From the NCBI RefSeq assembly GCF_013122565.1, contig NZ_CP053258.1: a stretch of 64,000 bases of DNA. One strand, given 5' to 3'. Under the pieces are notes generated by a model, which saw only the letters and a list, made by a program, of their open reading frames with translations, did not search any database and was not told the DNA's origin. A program made the position numbers and the translations under genes. This stretch comes from Escherichia coli (lineage in GTDB: Bacteria > Pseudomonadota > Gammaproteobacteria > Enterobacterales > Enterobacteriaceae). Shown piece by piece: positions 47,156-58,077 of this stretch; positions within the stretch are counted from its first letter, which is position 1, and each line of letters begins with the position of its first letter.

Positions 47156-48327
47156 TATTTTTCTTCCTTCTTATCGCCGTGAGCCTTACCTGCGGTGTCA
47201 GACGCATTCATTTGCAGATATTTCAACAAGGTGCGTTCTTCACGTTTATCGAGGCTGGTAAAGCCAATCATGCCGTTGAGCGTGCCAATCCAGCCGTTAG
47301 CGTCAAAGTGAGAGATTTCCGGTGCGCCGTGGCACTGGTTACAGGTGCCGTTGTACAGCGAATCAGCATAAGCCCAGATCGGTTTGATATCGTTCACCAT
47401 GTCGCCTTTCTTCATCCACGCAGTGGCCTGCAACTTGCTCCACTCGGTATTGGTGTCGGCAACGGTGGTTTTCTCCAGCGTTTTCACCTGCTGCTGCACA
47501 TCACCACGAATCGAGGCAACAAAGATGCGTTTACCTGGGAATTGGGTGAGTACACGCTGACGTCCGGCACTTTCTGTCCAGCCGGTAATTTCAATTTGCA
47601 GCCAGTCGCCGTCACGTTTAAGGACTTTCACTTCCGAAGCAGGCAGCAGAGAACCAGAGGCTTCTTTATCACCTTTCGCCGCATAAATCGGCTTAATATC
47701 AATAGAGTACAGCGTGTCACCACTGTCATTAGCACTGGCGCGCAGCTCATCGAACTGCTTACGGAAGCCGCTACTCATATCCGGCAACTGGTGGGCAATA
47801 CCTTTATGACAGTCGATGCAGGATTGATTATCTTTCGCTGCCACCTTCATCTGACGTGCCGCTTCAGGATGCTGCTTCGCATGATCCATCGCGTCGTAGT
47901 TATGGCAGGAGCGGCAGGTTGCCGAGTTGTTTTCTTTCATTCGCGCCCATTCACGCTCGGCAAGTTCCGCGCGTTTGGCTTCGAATTTTTCAGGTGTATC
48001 AATGGAGTGAGCAATAAAGGTCTGGTAGATATCATTGCTCGCTTCCAGTTTGCGCTTCACCATGCCTGGAATATCCGGCGGGATATGACAGTCATGGCAT
48101 TCAGCTCGCACGCCGGAGGCGTTCTGGAAATGCACCGACTGTTTATATTCTTCATACACCGGTTGCATACTGTGGCAACTGACACAAAATTCGGTTGTGC
48201 TGGTGACTTTGATCCCAACGTGTGGCAATACAATCAGCGCAATGCCAATCACAATCCCAATAGCGACCAGCGCCAGTACCGACCAACGAGCACTGGGTCG
48301 GCGTAGCGCGTTCCAGAGTTTCCGCAT
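47155..48327 (-). CDS. torC: TorC, pentaheme c-type cytochrome
   Basis: 390 aa from MRKLWNALRRPSARW; five CxxCH motifs (CVSCH, CHDCH, CRSCH, CIDCH, CNQCH). Confidence 0.95.
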   Translation of the reverse strand: MRKLWNALRRPSARWSVLALVAIGIVIGIALIVLPHVGIKVTSTTEFCVSCHSMQPVYEEYKQSVHFQNASGVRAECHDCHIPPDIPGMVKRKLEASNDIYQTFIAHSIDTPEKFEAKRAELAEREWARMKENNSATCRSCHNYDAMDHAKQHPEAARQMKVAAKDNQSCIDCHKGIAHQLPDMSSGFRKQFDELRASANDSGDTLYSIDIKPIYAAKGDKEASGSLLPASEVKVLKRDGDWLQIEITGWTESAGRQRVLTQFPGKRIFVASIRGDVQQQVKTLEKTTVADTNTEWSKLQATAWMKKGDMVNDIKPIWAYADSLYNGTCNQCHGAPEISHFDANGWIGTLNGMIGFTSLDKREERTLLKYLQMNASDTAGKAHGDKKEEK

Positions 48328-48375
48328 AATAGCCCCTGTAAAATTATGGTTTAGTGAAGCGATCTTAATGAGCAA

Positions 48376-48438
48376 ATATGAACAGCGGCACTGGTCAGCA
48401 TGAACGGCTTACGGCAGAATATGAACAGATATGAACAG
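48376..48438 (-). promoter_or_regulatory. Four tor boxes (TorR binding sites) in the torR-torC intergenic region
   Basis: The + strand carries atatgaacag at 48376-48385, 48419-48428 and 48429-48438, plus a degenerate catgaacgg at 48399-48407. These are reverse complements of the tor box CTGTTCATAT. Confidence 0.75.
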
Positions 48439-48456
48439 AATGAGTAAAACCCTCTG

Positions 48457-49149
48457 ATGCCACATCACATTGTTATTGTTGAAGATGAGCCGGTTACCCA
48501 GGCGCGATTACAATCCTACTTCACTCAGGAGGGGTATACCGTTTCCGTTACGGCGAGCGGTGCCGGGCTACGGGAAATTATGCAGAATCAGCCGGTGGAT
48601 TTAATTCTGCTGGATATCAACTTGCCCGATGAAAATGGCCTGATGTTAACCCGCGCCCTGCGAGAACGCTCAACGGTGGGGATTATTCTGGTTACCGGAC
48701 GCAGCGATCGGATTGACCGTATTGTCGGGCTGGAAATGGGCGCAGACGATTACGTCACCAAACCGCTGGAACTGCGCGAACTGGTAGTACGGGTGAAAAA
48801 TCTGCTCTGGCGAATCGACCTCGCGCGACAGGCGCAACCGCACACTCAGGACAACTGCTATCGCTTTGCGGGTTATTGCCTGAATGTGTCGCGCCATACG
48901 CTGGAGCGGGATGGCGAGCCGATTAAACTGACCCGCGCAGAGTATGAAATGTTGGTGGCATTTGTGACCAATCCGGGCGAAATTCTCAGCCGTGAACGTC
49001 TGCTGCGTATGCTCTCTGCGCGTCGGGTGGAAAACCCTGACCTGCGCACCGTCGATGTGTTAATTCGTCGTTTACGCCATAAACTCAGCGCGGATTTACT
49101 GGTGACGCAACATGGCGAAGGTTATTTCTTAGCCGCTGATGTGTGCTGA
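48457..49149 (+). CDS. torR: TorR, OmpR-family response regulator
   Basis: 230 aa, MPHHIVIVEDEPVTQARLQSYF... Confidence 0.95.
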   Translation: MPHHIVIVEDEPVTQARLQSYFTQEGYTVSVTASGAGLREIMQNQPVDLILLDINLPDENGLMLTRALRERSTVGIILVTGRSDRIDRIVGLEMGADDYVTKPLELRELVVRVKNLLWRIDLARQAQPHTQDNCYRFAGYCLNVSRHTLERDGEPIKLTRAEYEMLVAFVTNPGEILSRERLLRMLSARRVENPDLRTVDVLIRRLRHKLSADLLVTQHGEGYFLAADVC

Positions 49150-50150
49150 TAAAAATAGACCGGACGAAATCCCCCTGGCGACAGCGAGCGGCGGATATGT
49201 TCACGGTCGGCATTTTTCGGCGTCAGAACTAAAATCGGTGGGCTGACATTATCAGACACCGGTTGCCCCTGTAATTGCCTGATGGCTTGCTCAACCGCCA
49301 GTTCCCCCTGCCAGACCATTTGATCGCTGGCAGCCATAATCACTCTTCCCCGCTTCAGCCCGCGATACACCTGATGTGAAAGATAAAACGACACCACGGT
49401 AAGCGGCGTTTTCAGGTTACGCCCTTCCCCCATTGCCGCCTCTGCCGCAATGGCCGTTCCGGCAACGACGTCGATTTCTGGATGGCGTTCCAGCATCTCC
49501 TGCAACAGGTTACGCTGGATTTCAATATCGTTATCACCAAGCGCAATATCAACAATACGCACCGGGCTTCCGGCAATGGCTGCGCGAAAACCCTCGACCA
49601 TCTCTTTACTGCCCCCGGCGTTATCGGGTCCGGGCATCAACAGCACGTTCAGTGGTTTACCGTGCGCCCATTGCACCAAATATCGCCCAGGTTGATAGCC
49701 CATCTGAAACCAGGGCACACCAACGCGGCTTTTCACCTGGGGATCATCAAGAGCATTTACCAGTTCGATCACCGGCAGATTTGCTACCTGCTTTTGCAGA
49801 TCGGGAAATGAGGTCGTGCTACTACCGAGTAAAATGGCCTCTGCGCCCCACTGTTTACACTGGTCGATTTGTGCTTGCTGGGTAGCCAACTGGCTGTAGC
49901 CGCCTGCCTCCAGCACTTTTAAATCCACACCGTAGCGGCGAGCAGCCTCCTGCATACCATAGTTCAACGATAACCAGTATGAATCTTTCAGGCTGGGATA
50001 AAGCGCGCACAGTTTCCATGCGCGTTTGGCTTTAAGCGGCATAGAGGCTTGCACCGTGAAATGCTGCGCATCATGCCAGCGCAACAGGTTATCAGCCGAA
50101 AATGCCGGCAACATGAAAAGGGAAAGAAGTAAAAATAGCAGTACGCGCAT
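49122..50150 (-). CDS. torT: TorT, periplasmic TMAO-binding protein
   Basis: 342 aa; signal peptide; 3' end overlaps torR by 28 bp (convergent). Confidence 0.95.
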   Translation of the reverse strand: MRVLLFLLLSLFMLPAFSADNLLRWHDAQHFTVQASMPLKAKRAWKLCALYPSLKDSYWLSLNYGMQEAARRYGVDLKVLEAGGYSQLATQQAQIDQCKQWGAEAILLGSSTTSFPDLQKQVANLPVIELVNALDDPQVKSRVGVPWFQMGYQPGRYLVQWAHGKPLNVLLMPGPDNAGGSKEMVEGFRAAIAGSPVRIVDIALGDNDIEIQRNLLQEMLERHPEIDVVAGTAIAAEAAMGEGRNLKTPLTVVSFYLSHQVYRGLKRGRVIMAASDQMVWQGELAVEQAIRQLQGQPVSDNVSPPILVLTPKNADREHIRRSLSPGGFRPVYFYQHTSAAKK

Positions 50151-50232
50151 GATAGCCTCATCAATAATAAGGCTTTATGCTAGATGCATTCCGCTTTGCG
50201 ACTCAACATTTTTCACCTTAAGTGCACCGACC

Positions 50233-52977
50233 GTGAATTTAACCCTGACCCGAAGACTCTGGATGGGCTTTGCCCTGATGGCGCTGTTAACCCTGACCAG
50301 TACCCTGGTGGGATGGTACAACCTGCGCTTTATCAGCCAGGTGGAAAAAGACAACACTCAGGCATTGATTCCTACCATGAATATGGCACGCCAGTTGAGC
50401 GAAGCCAGCGCCTGGGAACTTTTCGCCGCGCAGAACCTGACCAGTGCCGATAACGAAAAGATGTGGCAGGCGCAGGGGCGAATGCTCACCGCACAAAGCC
50501 TGAAGATTAATGCGTTGCTGCAAGCGTTACGGGAACAAGGTTTTGATACCACCGCTATTGAACAACAGGAGCAGGAGATCTCCCGTTCGTTACGTCAGCA
50601 AGGGGAACTGGTGGGGCAGCGTTTGCAACTGCGCCAGCAACAACAGCGACTCAGTCAGCAGATAGTCGCCGCCGCCGATGAGATCGCACGCCTGGCGCAA
50701 GGTCAGGCGAATAATGCGGCAACCTCCGCCGGAGCGACCCAGGCCGGGATTTACGATTTGATCGAACAAGATCAGCGTCAGGCTGCTGAAAGTGCACTCG
50801 ATCGGCTGATTGATATCGATCTTGAGTATGTTAACCAGATGAATGAACTGCGCCTTAGCGCTCTGCGGGTGCAGCAAATGGTGATGAATCTGGGGCTGGA
50901 GCAGATCCAGAAAAATGCACCAACGCTGGAAAAGCAGCTCAATAATGCGGTGAAAATTCTGCAACGTCGGCAAATACGCATTGAAGATCCGGGAGTTCGT
51001 GCGCAGGTCGCAACAACGTTAACTACCGTTAGCCAATATAGCGATCTGTTGGCGCTGTTCCAGCAGGACAGTGAAATCAGCAATCACCTGCAAACTCTCG
51101 CCCAAAATAATATCGCCCAGTTCGCGCAGTTTAGTAGCGAAGTCAGTCAGCTGGTCGACACCATTGAGCTGCGCAATAAGCATGGACTGGCGCATCTGGA
51201 AAAAGCCAGTGCACGCGGGCAATACAGCCTGTTATTGCTGGGGATGGTTTCACTTTGCGCACTGATTCTGATCCTCTGGCGCGTGGTTTATCGCTCAGTC
51301 ACGCGTCCACTTGCCGAACAAACGCAGGCGCTGCAACGCTTACTGGACGGTGATATCGACTCCCCTTTCCCGGAAACCGCTGGCGTACGGGAGCTGGATA
51401 CCATCGGGCGGCTGATGGATGCGTTTCGCAGCAGTGTTCATGCACTGAATAGCCACCGCGAACAGCTGGCGGCGCAGGTCAAAGCGCGTACAGCTGAATT
51501 GCAGGAACTGGTGATAGAACACCGACAGGCACGGGCGGAAGCAGAAAAAGCCAGCCAGGCAAAATCGGCGTTTCTGGCGGCGATGAGCCATGAGATCCGC
51601 ACACCGCTGTACGGTATTCTCGGCACCGCACAGCTACTGGCAGATAACCCCACACTTAACGCCCAGCGTGATGATTTGCGGGCAATTACTGACTCTGGTG
51701 AATCGTTGCTGACCATCCTCAACGATATTCTCGATTATTCCGCTATCGAAGCAGGTGGCAAGAATGTTTCGGTCAGCGATGAGCCCTTTGAACCGCGCCC
51801 GCTGCTGGAAAGTACCCTGCAATTAATGAGCGGACGGGTGAAAGATCGCCCGATTCGCCTGGCAACGGCAATTGCCGATGATGTACCGAGCGCGTTAATG
51901 GGCGATCCGCGACGTATTCGTCAGGTTATAACCAACCTGTTGAGCAACGCCCTGCGTTTTACTGACGAAGGGCAGATCGTTTTACGTAGCCGCACTGATG
52001 GCGAGCAATGGCTGGTCGAAGTGGAAGACAGCGGCTGCGGTATTGATCCCGCGAAACTGGCAGAAATCTTCCAGCCATTTGTGCAGGTAAGCGGCAAACG
52101 CGGCGGCACCGGGCTGGGGCTGACTATCAGTAGCCGTCTGGCCCAGGCGATGGGCGGCGAACTGAGCGCCACCAGCACGCCGGAGGTTGGAAGCTGTTTT
52201 TGTTTACGCTTGCCGTTACGTGTTGCCACGGCACCCGTGCCAAAAACAGTCAATCAGGCGGTACGTCTTGACGGTTTACGTTTGCTGTTAATTGAAGATA
52301 ACCCGCTAACCCAGCGAATTACCGTTGAGATGCTGAACACCAGTGGTGCGCAGGTTGTTGCTGTTGGCAATGCCGCGCAGGCTTTAGAGACACTGCAAAA
52401 TAGCGAACCGTTTGCTGCCGCACTGGTGGATTTTGATCTGCCGGATATCGACGGCATTACGCTTGCCCGACAACTGGCACAGCAATATCCGTCGCTGGTT
52501 TTGATTGGCTTTAGCGCCCATGTCATTGACGAAACGCTGCGCCAGCGTACCAGTTCATTATTCCGCGGGATTATCCCTAAACCGGTGCCGCGTGAAGTGC
52601 TCGGTCAGTTACTGGCGCACTATCTCCAACTGCAAGTCAATAACGATCAATCGCTGGATGTATCGCAACTCAATGAAGATGCTCAGTTAATGGGGACGGA
52701 GAAGATCCACGAATGGCTGGTATTATTTACACAACATGCCCTGCCGCTTCTCGATGAAATCGACATTGCCCGCGCCAGTCAGGATAGCGAGAAAATAAAG
52801 CGTGCCGCGCATCAGCTAAAAAGCAGTTGCTCGAGTCTGGGAATGCGTATCGCCAGCCAGCTATGCGCACAACTGGAGCAGCAGCCATTATCTGCCCCCC
52901 TTCCACACGAAGAAATTACACGCAGTGTTGCCGCTCTTGAAGCATGGTTGCATAAGAAAGACCTGAACGCGATTTGA
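50233..52977 (+). CDS. torS: TorS, hybrid sensor kinase
   Basis: 914 aa from a GTG start ([13 protein letters not shown]...); HisKA (AMSHEIRTP), receiver and HPt domains. Confidence 0.9.
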   Translation: MNLTLTRRLWMGFALMALLTLTSTLVGWYNLRFISQVEKDNTQALIPTMNMARQLSEASAWELFAAQNLTSADNEKMWQAQGRMLTAQSLKINALLQALREQGFDTTAIEQQEQEISRSLRQQGELVGQRLQLRQQQQRLSQQIVAAADEIARLAQGQANNAATSAGATQAGIYDLIEQDQRQAAESALDRLIDIDLEYVNQMNELRLSALRVQQMVMNLGLEQIQKNAPTLEKQLNNAVKILQRRQIRIEDPGVRAQVATTLTTVSQYSDLLALFQQDSEISNHLQTLAQNNIAQFAQFSSEVSQLVDTIELRNKHGLAHLEKASARGQYSLLLLGMVSLCALILILWRVVYRSVTRPLAEQTQALQRLLDGDIDSPFPETAGVRELDTIGRLMDAFRSSVHALNSHREQLAAQVKARTAELQELVIEHRQARAEAEKASQAKSAFLAAMSHEIRTPLYGILGTAQLLADNPTLNAQRDDLRAITDSGESLLTILNDILDYSAIEAGGKNVSVSDEPFEPRPLLESTLQLMSGRVKDRPIRLATAIADDVPSALMGDPRRIRQVITNLLSNALRFTDEGQIVLRSRTDGEQWLVEVEDSGCGIDPAKLAEIFQPFVQVSGKRGGTGLGLTISSRLAQAMGGELSATSTPEVGSCFCLRLPLRVATAPVPKTVNQAVRLDGLRLLLIEDNPLTQRITVEMLNTSGAQVVAVGNAAQALETLQNSEPFAAALVDFDLPDIDGITLARQLAQQYPSLVLIGFSAHVIDETLRQRTSSLFRGIIPKPVPREVLGQLLAHYLQLQVNNDQSLDVSQLNEDAQLMGTEKIHEWLVLFTQHALPLLDEIDIARASQDSEKIKRAAHQLKSSCSSLGMRIASQLCAQLEQQPLSAPLPHEEITRSVAALEAWLHKKDLNAI

Positions 52978-53048
52978 ATCAATATCAGCCAGTTAAGAAC
53001 AACTAGAATAGTGGCATTTGGTATGCAACTTAACGGACTGGCAAAATC

Positions 53049-54122
53049 ATGGCAGAGAAAAAAAGAACCCGCTGGCAGCGGCGGCCAGGCACGACGGGCG
53101 GCAAATTACCGTGGAATGACTGGCGCAATGCCACGACCTGGCGTAAAGCGACGCAATTATTACTGTTGGCAATGAATATTTATATTGCCATCACGTTCTG
53201 GTATTGGGTGCGCTATTACGAAACGGCAAGTAGCACGACATTTGTCGCCAGACCGGGAGGTATCGAAGGCTGGCTACCGATTGCCGGTCTGATGAATCTG
53301 AAATATAGCCTTGCAACAGGTCAGTTACCGTCCGTCCACGCCGCCGCGATGCTGTTATTGGTCGCTTTTATCGTCATCAGTCTATTACTCAAAAAGGCCT
53401 TTTGCTCATGGTTATGCCCGGTTGGTACGCTTTCTGAATTAATCGGCGCTCTCGGTAACAAACTATTTGGTCGGCAATGTGTCCTTCCCCGCTGGCTGGA
53501 TATTCCTCTGCGCGGCGTGAAGTATTTGCTGTTGAGTTTTTTTCTCTATATCGCGTTATTGATGCCCGCTCAGGCGATTCACTATTTTATGTTGTCGCCC
53601 TACAGCGTGGTGATGGACGTTAAAATGCTCGATTTCTTTCGTCATATGGGGACCGCGACATTAATCAGCGTGACCGTTTTGCTGATTGCCAGCCTGTTTA
53701 TTCGCCATGCCTGGTGTCGTTATCTTTGCCCATATGGCGCGCTGATGGGCGTGGTTTCGCTATTATCGCCGTTTAAGATTCGTCGCAATGCCGAAAGTTG
53801 TATCGACTGTGGCAAATGCGCAAAAAATTGCCCATCACGGATCCCGGTCGATAAATTAATTCAGGTACGAACAGTGGAATGTACCGGCTGTATGACTTGC
53901 GTAGAGTCATGTCCGGTAGCCTCAACATTGACCTTTTCACTGCAAAAACCTGCAGCAAATAAAAAAGCCTTTGCGTTGTCTGGCTGGTTAATGACGCTAC
54001 TGGTTCTGGGGATTATGTTTGCGGTGATTGGTTACGCAATGTATGCGGGAGTATGGCAAAGCCCGGTGCCGGAGGAATTGTACCGACGCTTAATTCCACA
54101 AACGCCAATGATTGGTCACTAA
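53049..54122 (+). CDS. yccM: YccM, polytopic membrane 4Fe-4S ferredoxin-like protein (NapH/MauN-like)
   Basis: 357 aa; Cys clusters CIDCGKCAKNCP and CTGCMTCVESCP. Confidence 0.9.
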   Translation: MAEKKRTRWQRRPGTTGGKLPWNDWRNATTWRKATQLLLLAMNIYIAITFWYWVRYYETASSTTFVARPGGIEGWLPIAGLMNLKYSLATGQLPSVHAAAMLLLVAFIVISLLLKKAFCSWLCPVGTLSELIGALGNKLFGRQCVLPRWLDIPLRGVKYLLLSFFLYIALLMPAQAIHYFMLSPYSVVMDVKMLDFFRHMGTATLISVTVLLIASLFIRHAWCRYLCPYGALMGVVSLLSPFKIRRNAESCIDCGKCAKNCPSRIPVDKLIQVRTVECTGCMTCVESCPVASTLTFSLQKPAANKKAFALSGWLMTLLVLGIMFAVIGYAMYAGVWQSPVPEELYRRLIPQTPMIGH

Positions 54123-54169
54123 ATTAGCAACAAGCGGAACATCACCTCGCACGGGTGATGTTCACAAAA

Positions 54170-54343
54170 TCACATTATTTTGATTTTGACATCATAACTT
54201 TCAAGCCCGGTCATTTTTTCTCGTGCGGTGAAGCGAATTTCAGAGACTTCTTTCCCTGTATTCTTGTTCAGCTCGGCGATTTTTTGCGCGATAAAGTCGG
54301 CGATTTCCGTTTCGGCTTGTTTTTTTAACTCTTCAATATTCAC
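54170..54343 (-). CDS. gnsA: GnsA, small protein (overexpression increases unsaturated fatty acids)
   Basis: Reverse-strand translation gives VNIEELKKQAETEIADFIAQKIAELNKNTGKEVSEIRFTAREKMTGLESYDVKIKIM (57 aa, GTG start). It is missing from the ATG-only ORF track. Confidence 0.85.
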   Translation of the reverse strand: MNIEELKKQAETEIADFIAQKIAELNKNTGKEVSEIRFTAREKMTGLESYDVKIKIM

Positions 54344-54563
54344 TGTTAACCTCGTCTGGTCTTGAAAGACAGCAACACGCCAGTAAGGTGTTGGTTCCCG
54401 GTACCCTGGTCAGGTAAGAAATGTTATAAGCCATCTCCCCGAAAGATTCAATAATCAACAGGTTATCGCTTACTATACATACAGCGTTGAAGAAAAATAA
54501 GGCAGATATAAAAAAGGCTCCACGAGGGAGCCTGATATTATTTTGTGAAATCCAGCGGCGCAT
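54333..54563 (-). CDS. ymcE: YmcE (Sfa)-like small membrane protein
   Basis: 76 aa from MRRWISQNNIRLPRGAFFISALFFFNAVCIV... within ORF 54333..54596. Position between cspG and gnsA matches K-12 ymcE; name from synteny and length only. Confidence 0.5.
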   Translation of the reverse strand: MRRWISQNNIRLPRGAFFISALFFFNAVCIVSDNLLIIESFGEMAYNISYLTRVPGTNTLLACCCLSRPDEVNSEY

Positions 54564-54735
54564 GGTCAGTGCGTATTTGCAGCGCGACGTTATCAAAGGT
54601 GATCATCGTCGATTTACAAAAAATACACTTAGCGCCCAAAGGGTTTCGCTCCGTCACATCGAATGCCGATGTACGGTACTGTGAACCATGACAATATGGA
54701 CAGCGGAAATGGAGATGTTGAGTAATAACGGCAAC
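54538..54735 (-). CDS. Possible small zinc-ribbon protein (YmcF-like) immediately downstream of cspG
   Basis: ORF 54538..54798 carries CPYC-x20-CIFC. Its ATG lies inside cspG, so a GTG start just after the cspG stop (giving about 65 aa) is more plausible. Confidence 0.3.
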   Translation of the reverse strand, partial: VAVITQHLHFRCPYCHGSQYRTSAFDVTERNPLGAKCIFCKSTMITFDNVALQIRTDHAPLDFTK

Positions 54736-54736
54736 C

Positions 54737-54949
54737 TTAGAGCGTAACAACGTTCGCTGCCGCGGGGCCACGTTGCCCCTGCTCAATAGAAAATTCAACT
54801 TTCTGATTTTCGTTCAGCGTGCGGAATTCATTGCTCTGGATGGCGGTGAAATGGACGAAAACGTCTTTGCTGCCATCATCAGGAGTGATAAAGCCAAAAC
54901 CTTTATCTGCGTTAAACCATTTTACTAAACCAGTCATTTTATTAGACAT
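54737..54949 (-). CDS. cspG: CspG, cold-shock protein
   Basis: 70 aa, [34 protein letters not shown]... Confidence 0.95.
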   Translation of the reverse strand: MSNKMTGLVKWFNADKGFGFITPDDGSKDVFVHFTAIQSNEFRTLNENQKVEFSIEQGQRGPAAANVVTL

Positions 54950-55234
54950 ATTTTACTTCCTTCATTTTGGGCCTTTCGGCAAACAGGGCTTTAATACAGA
55001 AACTACTTAGTGTTCAGGAGAGAGACTCAAAAGAAGGGGATAATGCCTGATAATGAGAACTGCTTTAGTAAACTACTTTGTATGCTGTCTGTCTTTCAAA
55101 CCGACGCAGCTATTAACGCATGATAATTGAGATTAAGCAAATTTTATTTTAGCCGTCCGGCGGTCTTAAATATCGCTGGCTTTATTTTATTAACCCCGTA
55201 TAGTGCAGCGCAGTATTTTCAGTAAGGAATTTGT

Positions 55235-55447
55235 TTGTCCCGTAAAATGACAGGAATTGTCAAAACCTTTGATCGCAAAAGCGGCAAAGGATTCATTATC
55301 CCCTCCGACGGTCGTAAAGAAGTCCAGGTCCATATTTCCGCATTCACTCCCCGCGACGCAGAAGTGCTTATACCAGGATTACGCGTGGAATTTTGTCGCG
55401 TAAATGGCCTGCGAGGACCAACAGCGGCAAATGTTTATTTGTCTTGA
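55235..55447 (+). CDS. cspH: CspH, cold-shock-like protein
   Basis: 70 aa, [33 protein letters not shown]... Confidence 0.9.
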
Positions 55448-56745
55448 TGGAGAGCGCACGCCGGTATGCGTGCTTCATTCACGATTTGCGTAAAACCGGC
55501 CAACGAACACATGCCCTGCGCATTTCGCTCTTCACATCCTGCCAGGGTCAGTTTCACCTCTCCGGGCGGCGTATTTAATGACAGCGGCGTTTTATCACGC
55601 ATCTGCTGTAAAGTCTGGAAGACCAGCGAAACCTGAATCCACTGGCTGTTATCGCTTAGCCGACGCCAGCGTTCAAACACCAGTTCTCCACCTGGCGGCG
55701 TGTTATCCGGCTGACCTGGAAGCGTCCAGTTGAGCTCCAGTGCGCCGCCGAGATTTGCCAGATTAGTATCGTGTCCGGCGATAAACAGCACTGCTGTGGG
55801 TAATGTCACACCATACGCCTGTTTTTGCGGTGGATGGGGCGTCAACGCTGCCATGATCAAATCCAACAACGGGGTGGCGCGGCTGCGGGCAACCTCTGGC
55901 GTGCGTTGTAGTAAATAAAATTGCGCGTTATGCAAACTTAGCAAGGTGTTCCACTGGTGTGAATCAGTGATCCTTCCCCACCCCGGCTCCGGCATTCCTT
56001 GTGCCTGTTGCAGGAGAAATATCTCCGTCAGCATTGATGCTAGGCTTACCGCACCGGTTAATGAGACATTGTCGGCGCTCACCTTGAGTTCCGATGGTAA
56101 TGCCTGCGTTAATGAACAGCTTTCGTCCTGTTTCTCACGGTTAAGGCACAATTTTGATTGCGGAAAATTAAGCACCCGTTCCAGTTCGCGAAACGCCGTT
56201 TGCCGATGCCCGGTAAAGTCAGCAATTGATCCTCCTGCCCTGCTGAGGATCGCGTCAGTCACGTTCGCGTTATCCAGTTGGCAAACGCCAGTTTTTAGAG
56301 GATTAAATAACGGATCGGGACTGGACGTATCTGCCTGGGTATGTACGGTTATTGCACAGTCAGGTGCCAGCCCGGCGGCGAAGGCTTCGCCTGTTTTACG
56401 GGTACGCTCGTCGACATCAGCAATAATCGCGACCTGACCAAGCTGCGGGCAGCCCTTTTTCGTCAGCAATCCGTCGGCTACCAGACGCTGGCGTTGGTAA
56501 TGTCCGAGATAGGCGATCAGCTCACCACCGCGCGGTGTCAGCCAACCCAGTTTTACCGGCCAGGTTGGCCATGCGTCTGGGGTGACATCCTGCATCAGTT
56601 GCGTGGCCTTGGTTGGTGCACGCACACCATGACGACTGACAATCACCACACTTTCCAGCTTCAGCTCCGGCTCACTCTGAGCGAATGCAGATTGCGGGGT
56701 TAACGGAATCAGAAGAGATAAAAATGGGATCAAGATCGCTTTCAT
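55435..56745 (-). CDS. appA: AppA, periplasmic acid phosphatase/phytase
   Basis: From [29 protein letters not shown] motif. The C-terminus appears to differ from the K-12 protein as I recall it, and the 3' end overlaps cspH by 13 bp. Confidence 0.9.
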
Positions 56746-56824
56746 CGATATGTTTCCGCTTTTCATATCCGACATTATTGATTGCCTGATACGACGCTAA
56801 TGCGCCGCATCAGACTTACGTTCG

Positions 56825-56917
56825 TTAACTTTTCAATCGCGGGTCCAGCCATACCAACACAAGGGTGGAGAGCGAACACATCAACAAAATGCCGACGAAC
56901 CAAAGTAAATACCACAT
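56825..56917 (-). CDS. appX: AppX (YccB), small subunit of cytochrome bd-II
   Basis: Reverse-strand translation MWYLLWFVGILLMCSLSTLVLVWLDPRLKS (30 aa); not in the ORF track because of its size. Confidence 0.8.
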   Translation of the reverse strand: MWYLLWFVGILLMCSLSTLVLVWLDPRLKS

Positions 56918-56929
56918 TGTTCCTGCTCC

Positions 56930-58066
56930 TTAGTACAGCTCGTTTTCGTTACGGCGGAGAGTTTCTGTTGTCATGCGCCCCCACATTTTGTAGTAGCTCC
57001 AGAGAGTGTAGAGCAACACAATGGGCAAAAATATCAGCACGATTACCAACATAATGCTCAGCGTCAGCTGGCTGGAAGTGCTGTCCCACAACGTCAGGCT
57101 GGAGATTGGACTCACGCTTGACGGCATGACAAAGGGGAACAGCGTGATGCCTGCCGTGAAAATCACGCCAAATTGCATCAATGACGCCATCAAAAATCCC
57201 CAACCCGGGCGACCACGATAAATCGCCATCACCGTCAGTAATGGGCAGAAGAACCCCAGCAGCGGGAAGATCCACAAAACGGGCGACTCGACAAAATTAT
57301 TCATCCAGGCACCAGGTAGCACTGCCACCAGTTTCATTAACGGATTGGAAGGACCGTTAGCATCCTGGGCGAGCAGTACAAAGCCATCAATACCGACCCA
57401 CAGCCAGTAACCCGCCAGCAAAAAGCAGAGCATCACCAGCAGTGCGGCGCGTTTGGTCGCCAGCTGTGAACGCAGATGAATCGCACCAACAGTTTTTAGT
57501 TGTAACCAGACGCCACCTTGCAAAATCACCATCCCAAGGCTGAGCAATCCGCACAATAAAGGGAATGGCGTCAGCAGTTGCCAGAAGCTGCCGAGATACT
57601 CCACGCGTAATTGCGGTGTGAAGGCAAACGGCACGCCGAGCAGCAAGTTGCCGAAGGCGATACCGAAGACTACCGGTGGCACCAGACTGCCGATGACCAG
57701 ACCGGCATCCCACATTTTACGCCAGCGTGCATCGGCGATTTTTCCGCGATAATCAAAGGCCAGCGGGCGGAAGAACAGCGAGCACAGCACCAGGATCATC
57801 GCCACATAAAAGCCGGAAAACGCCGCTGCATACACTCTGGGCCAGGCGGCAAATAATGCCCCACCAGCGAGGATCAACCAGACCTGGTTGCCTTCCCAGT
57901 GCGCACCAACGCTATTAATCACTATCCGGCGTTCATCATCATTACGCGCCACCAGCGGCAGCAAACAGCCGATCCCCATGTCAAATCCGTCGGAGATCAT
58001 AAAGACCACCAGGATCACGCCAATCAGCAGCCACCAGATGAAGCGCAATGTTTCATAATCAAACAT
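56930..58066 (-). CDS. appB: AppB (CbdB), cytochrome bd-II oxidase subunit II
   Basis: 378 aa, [24 protein letters not shown]... Confidence 0.95.
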   Translation of the reverse strand: MFDYETLRFIWWLLIGVILVVFMISDGFDMGIGCLLPLVARNDDERRIVINSVGAHWEGNQVWLILAGGALFAAWPRVYAAAFSGFYVAMILVLCSLFFRPLAFDYRGKIADARWRKMWDAGLVIGSLVPPVVFGIAFGNLLLGVPFAFTPQLRVEYLGSFWQLLTPFPLLCGLLSLGMVILQGGVWLQLKTVGAIHLRSQLATKRAALLVMLCFLLAGYWLWVGIDGFVLLAQDANGPSNPLMKLVAVLPGAWMNNFVESPVLWIFPLLGFFCPLLTVMAIYRGRPGWGFLMASLMQFGVIFTAGITLFPFVMPSSVSPISSLTLWDSTSSQLTLSIMLVIVLIFLPIVLLYTLWSYYKMWGRMTTETLRRNENELY

Positions 58067-58077
58067 GATTTTCTCCT

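Noticed and set aside
47065-48306. 413-codon ORF on the + strand, antisense to torC
   Set aside because: Fully contained within torC, which has five CxxCH heme motifs and a clear K-12 match. The antisense product is low-complexity with no recognisable motif or RBS; a shadow ORF in GC-rich coding DNA.
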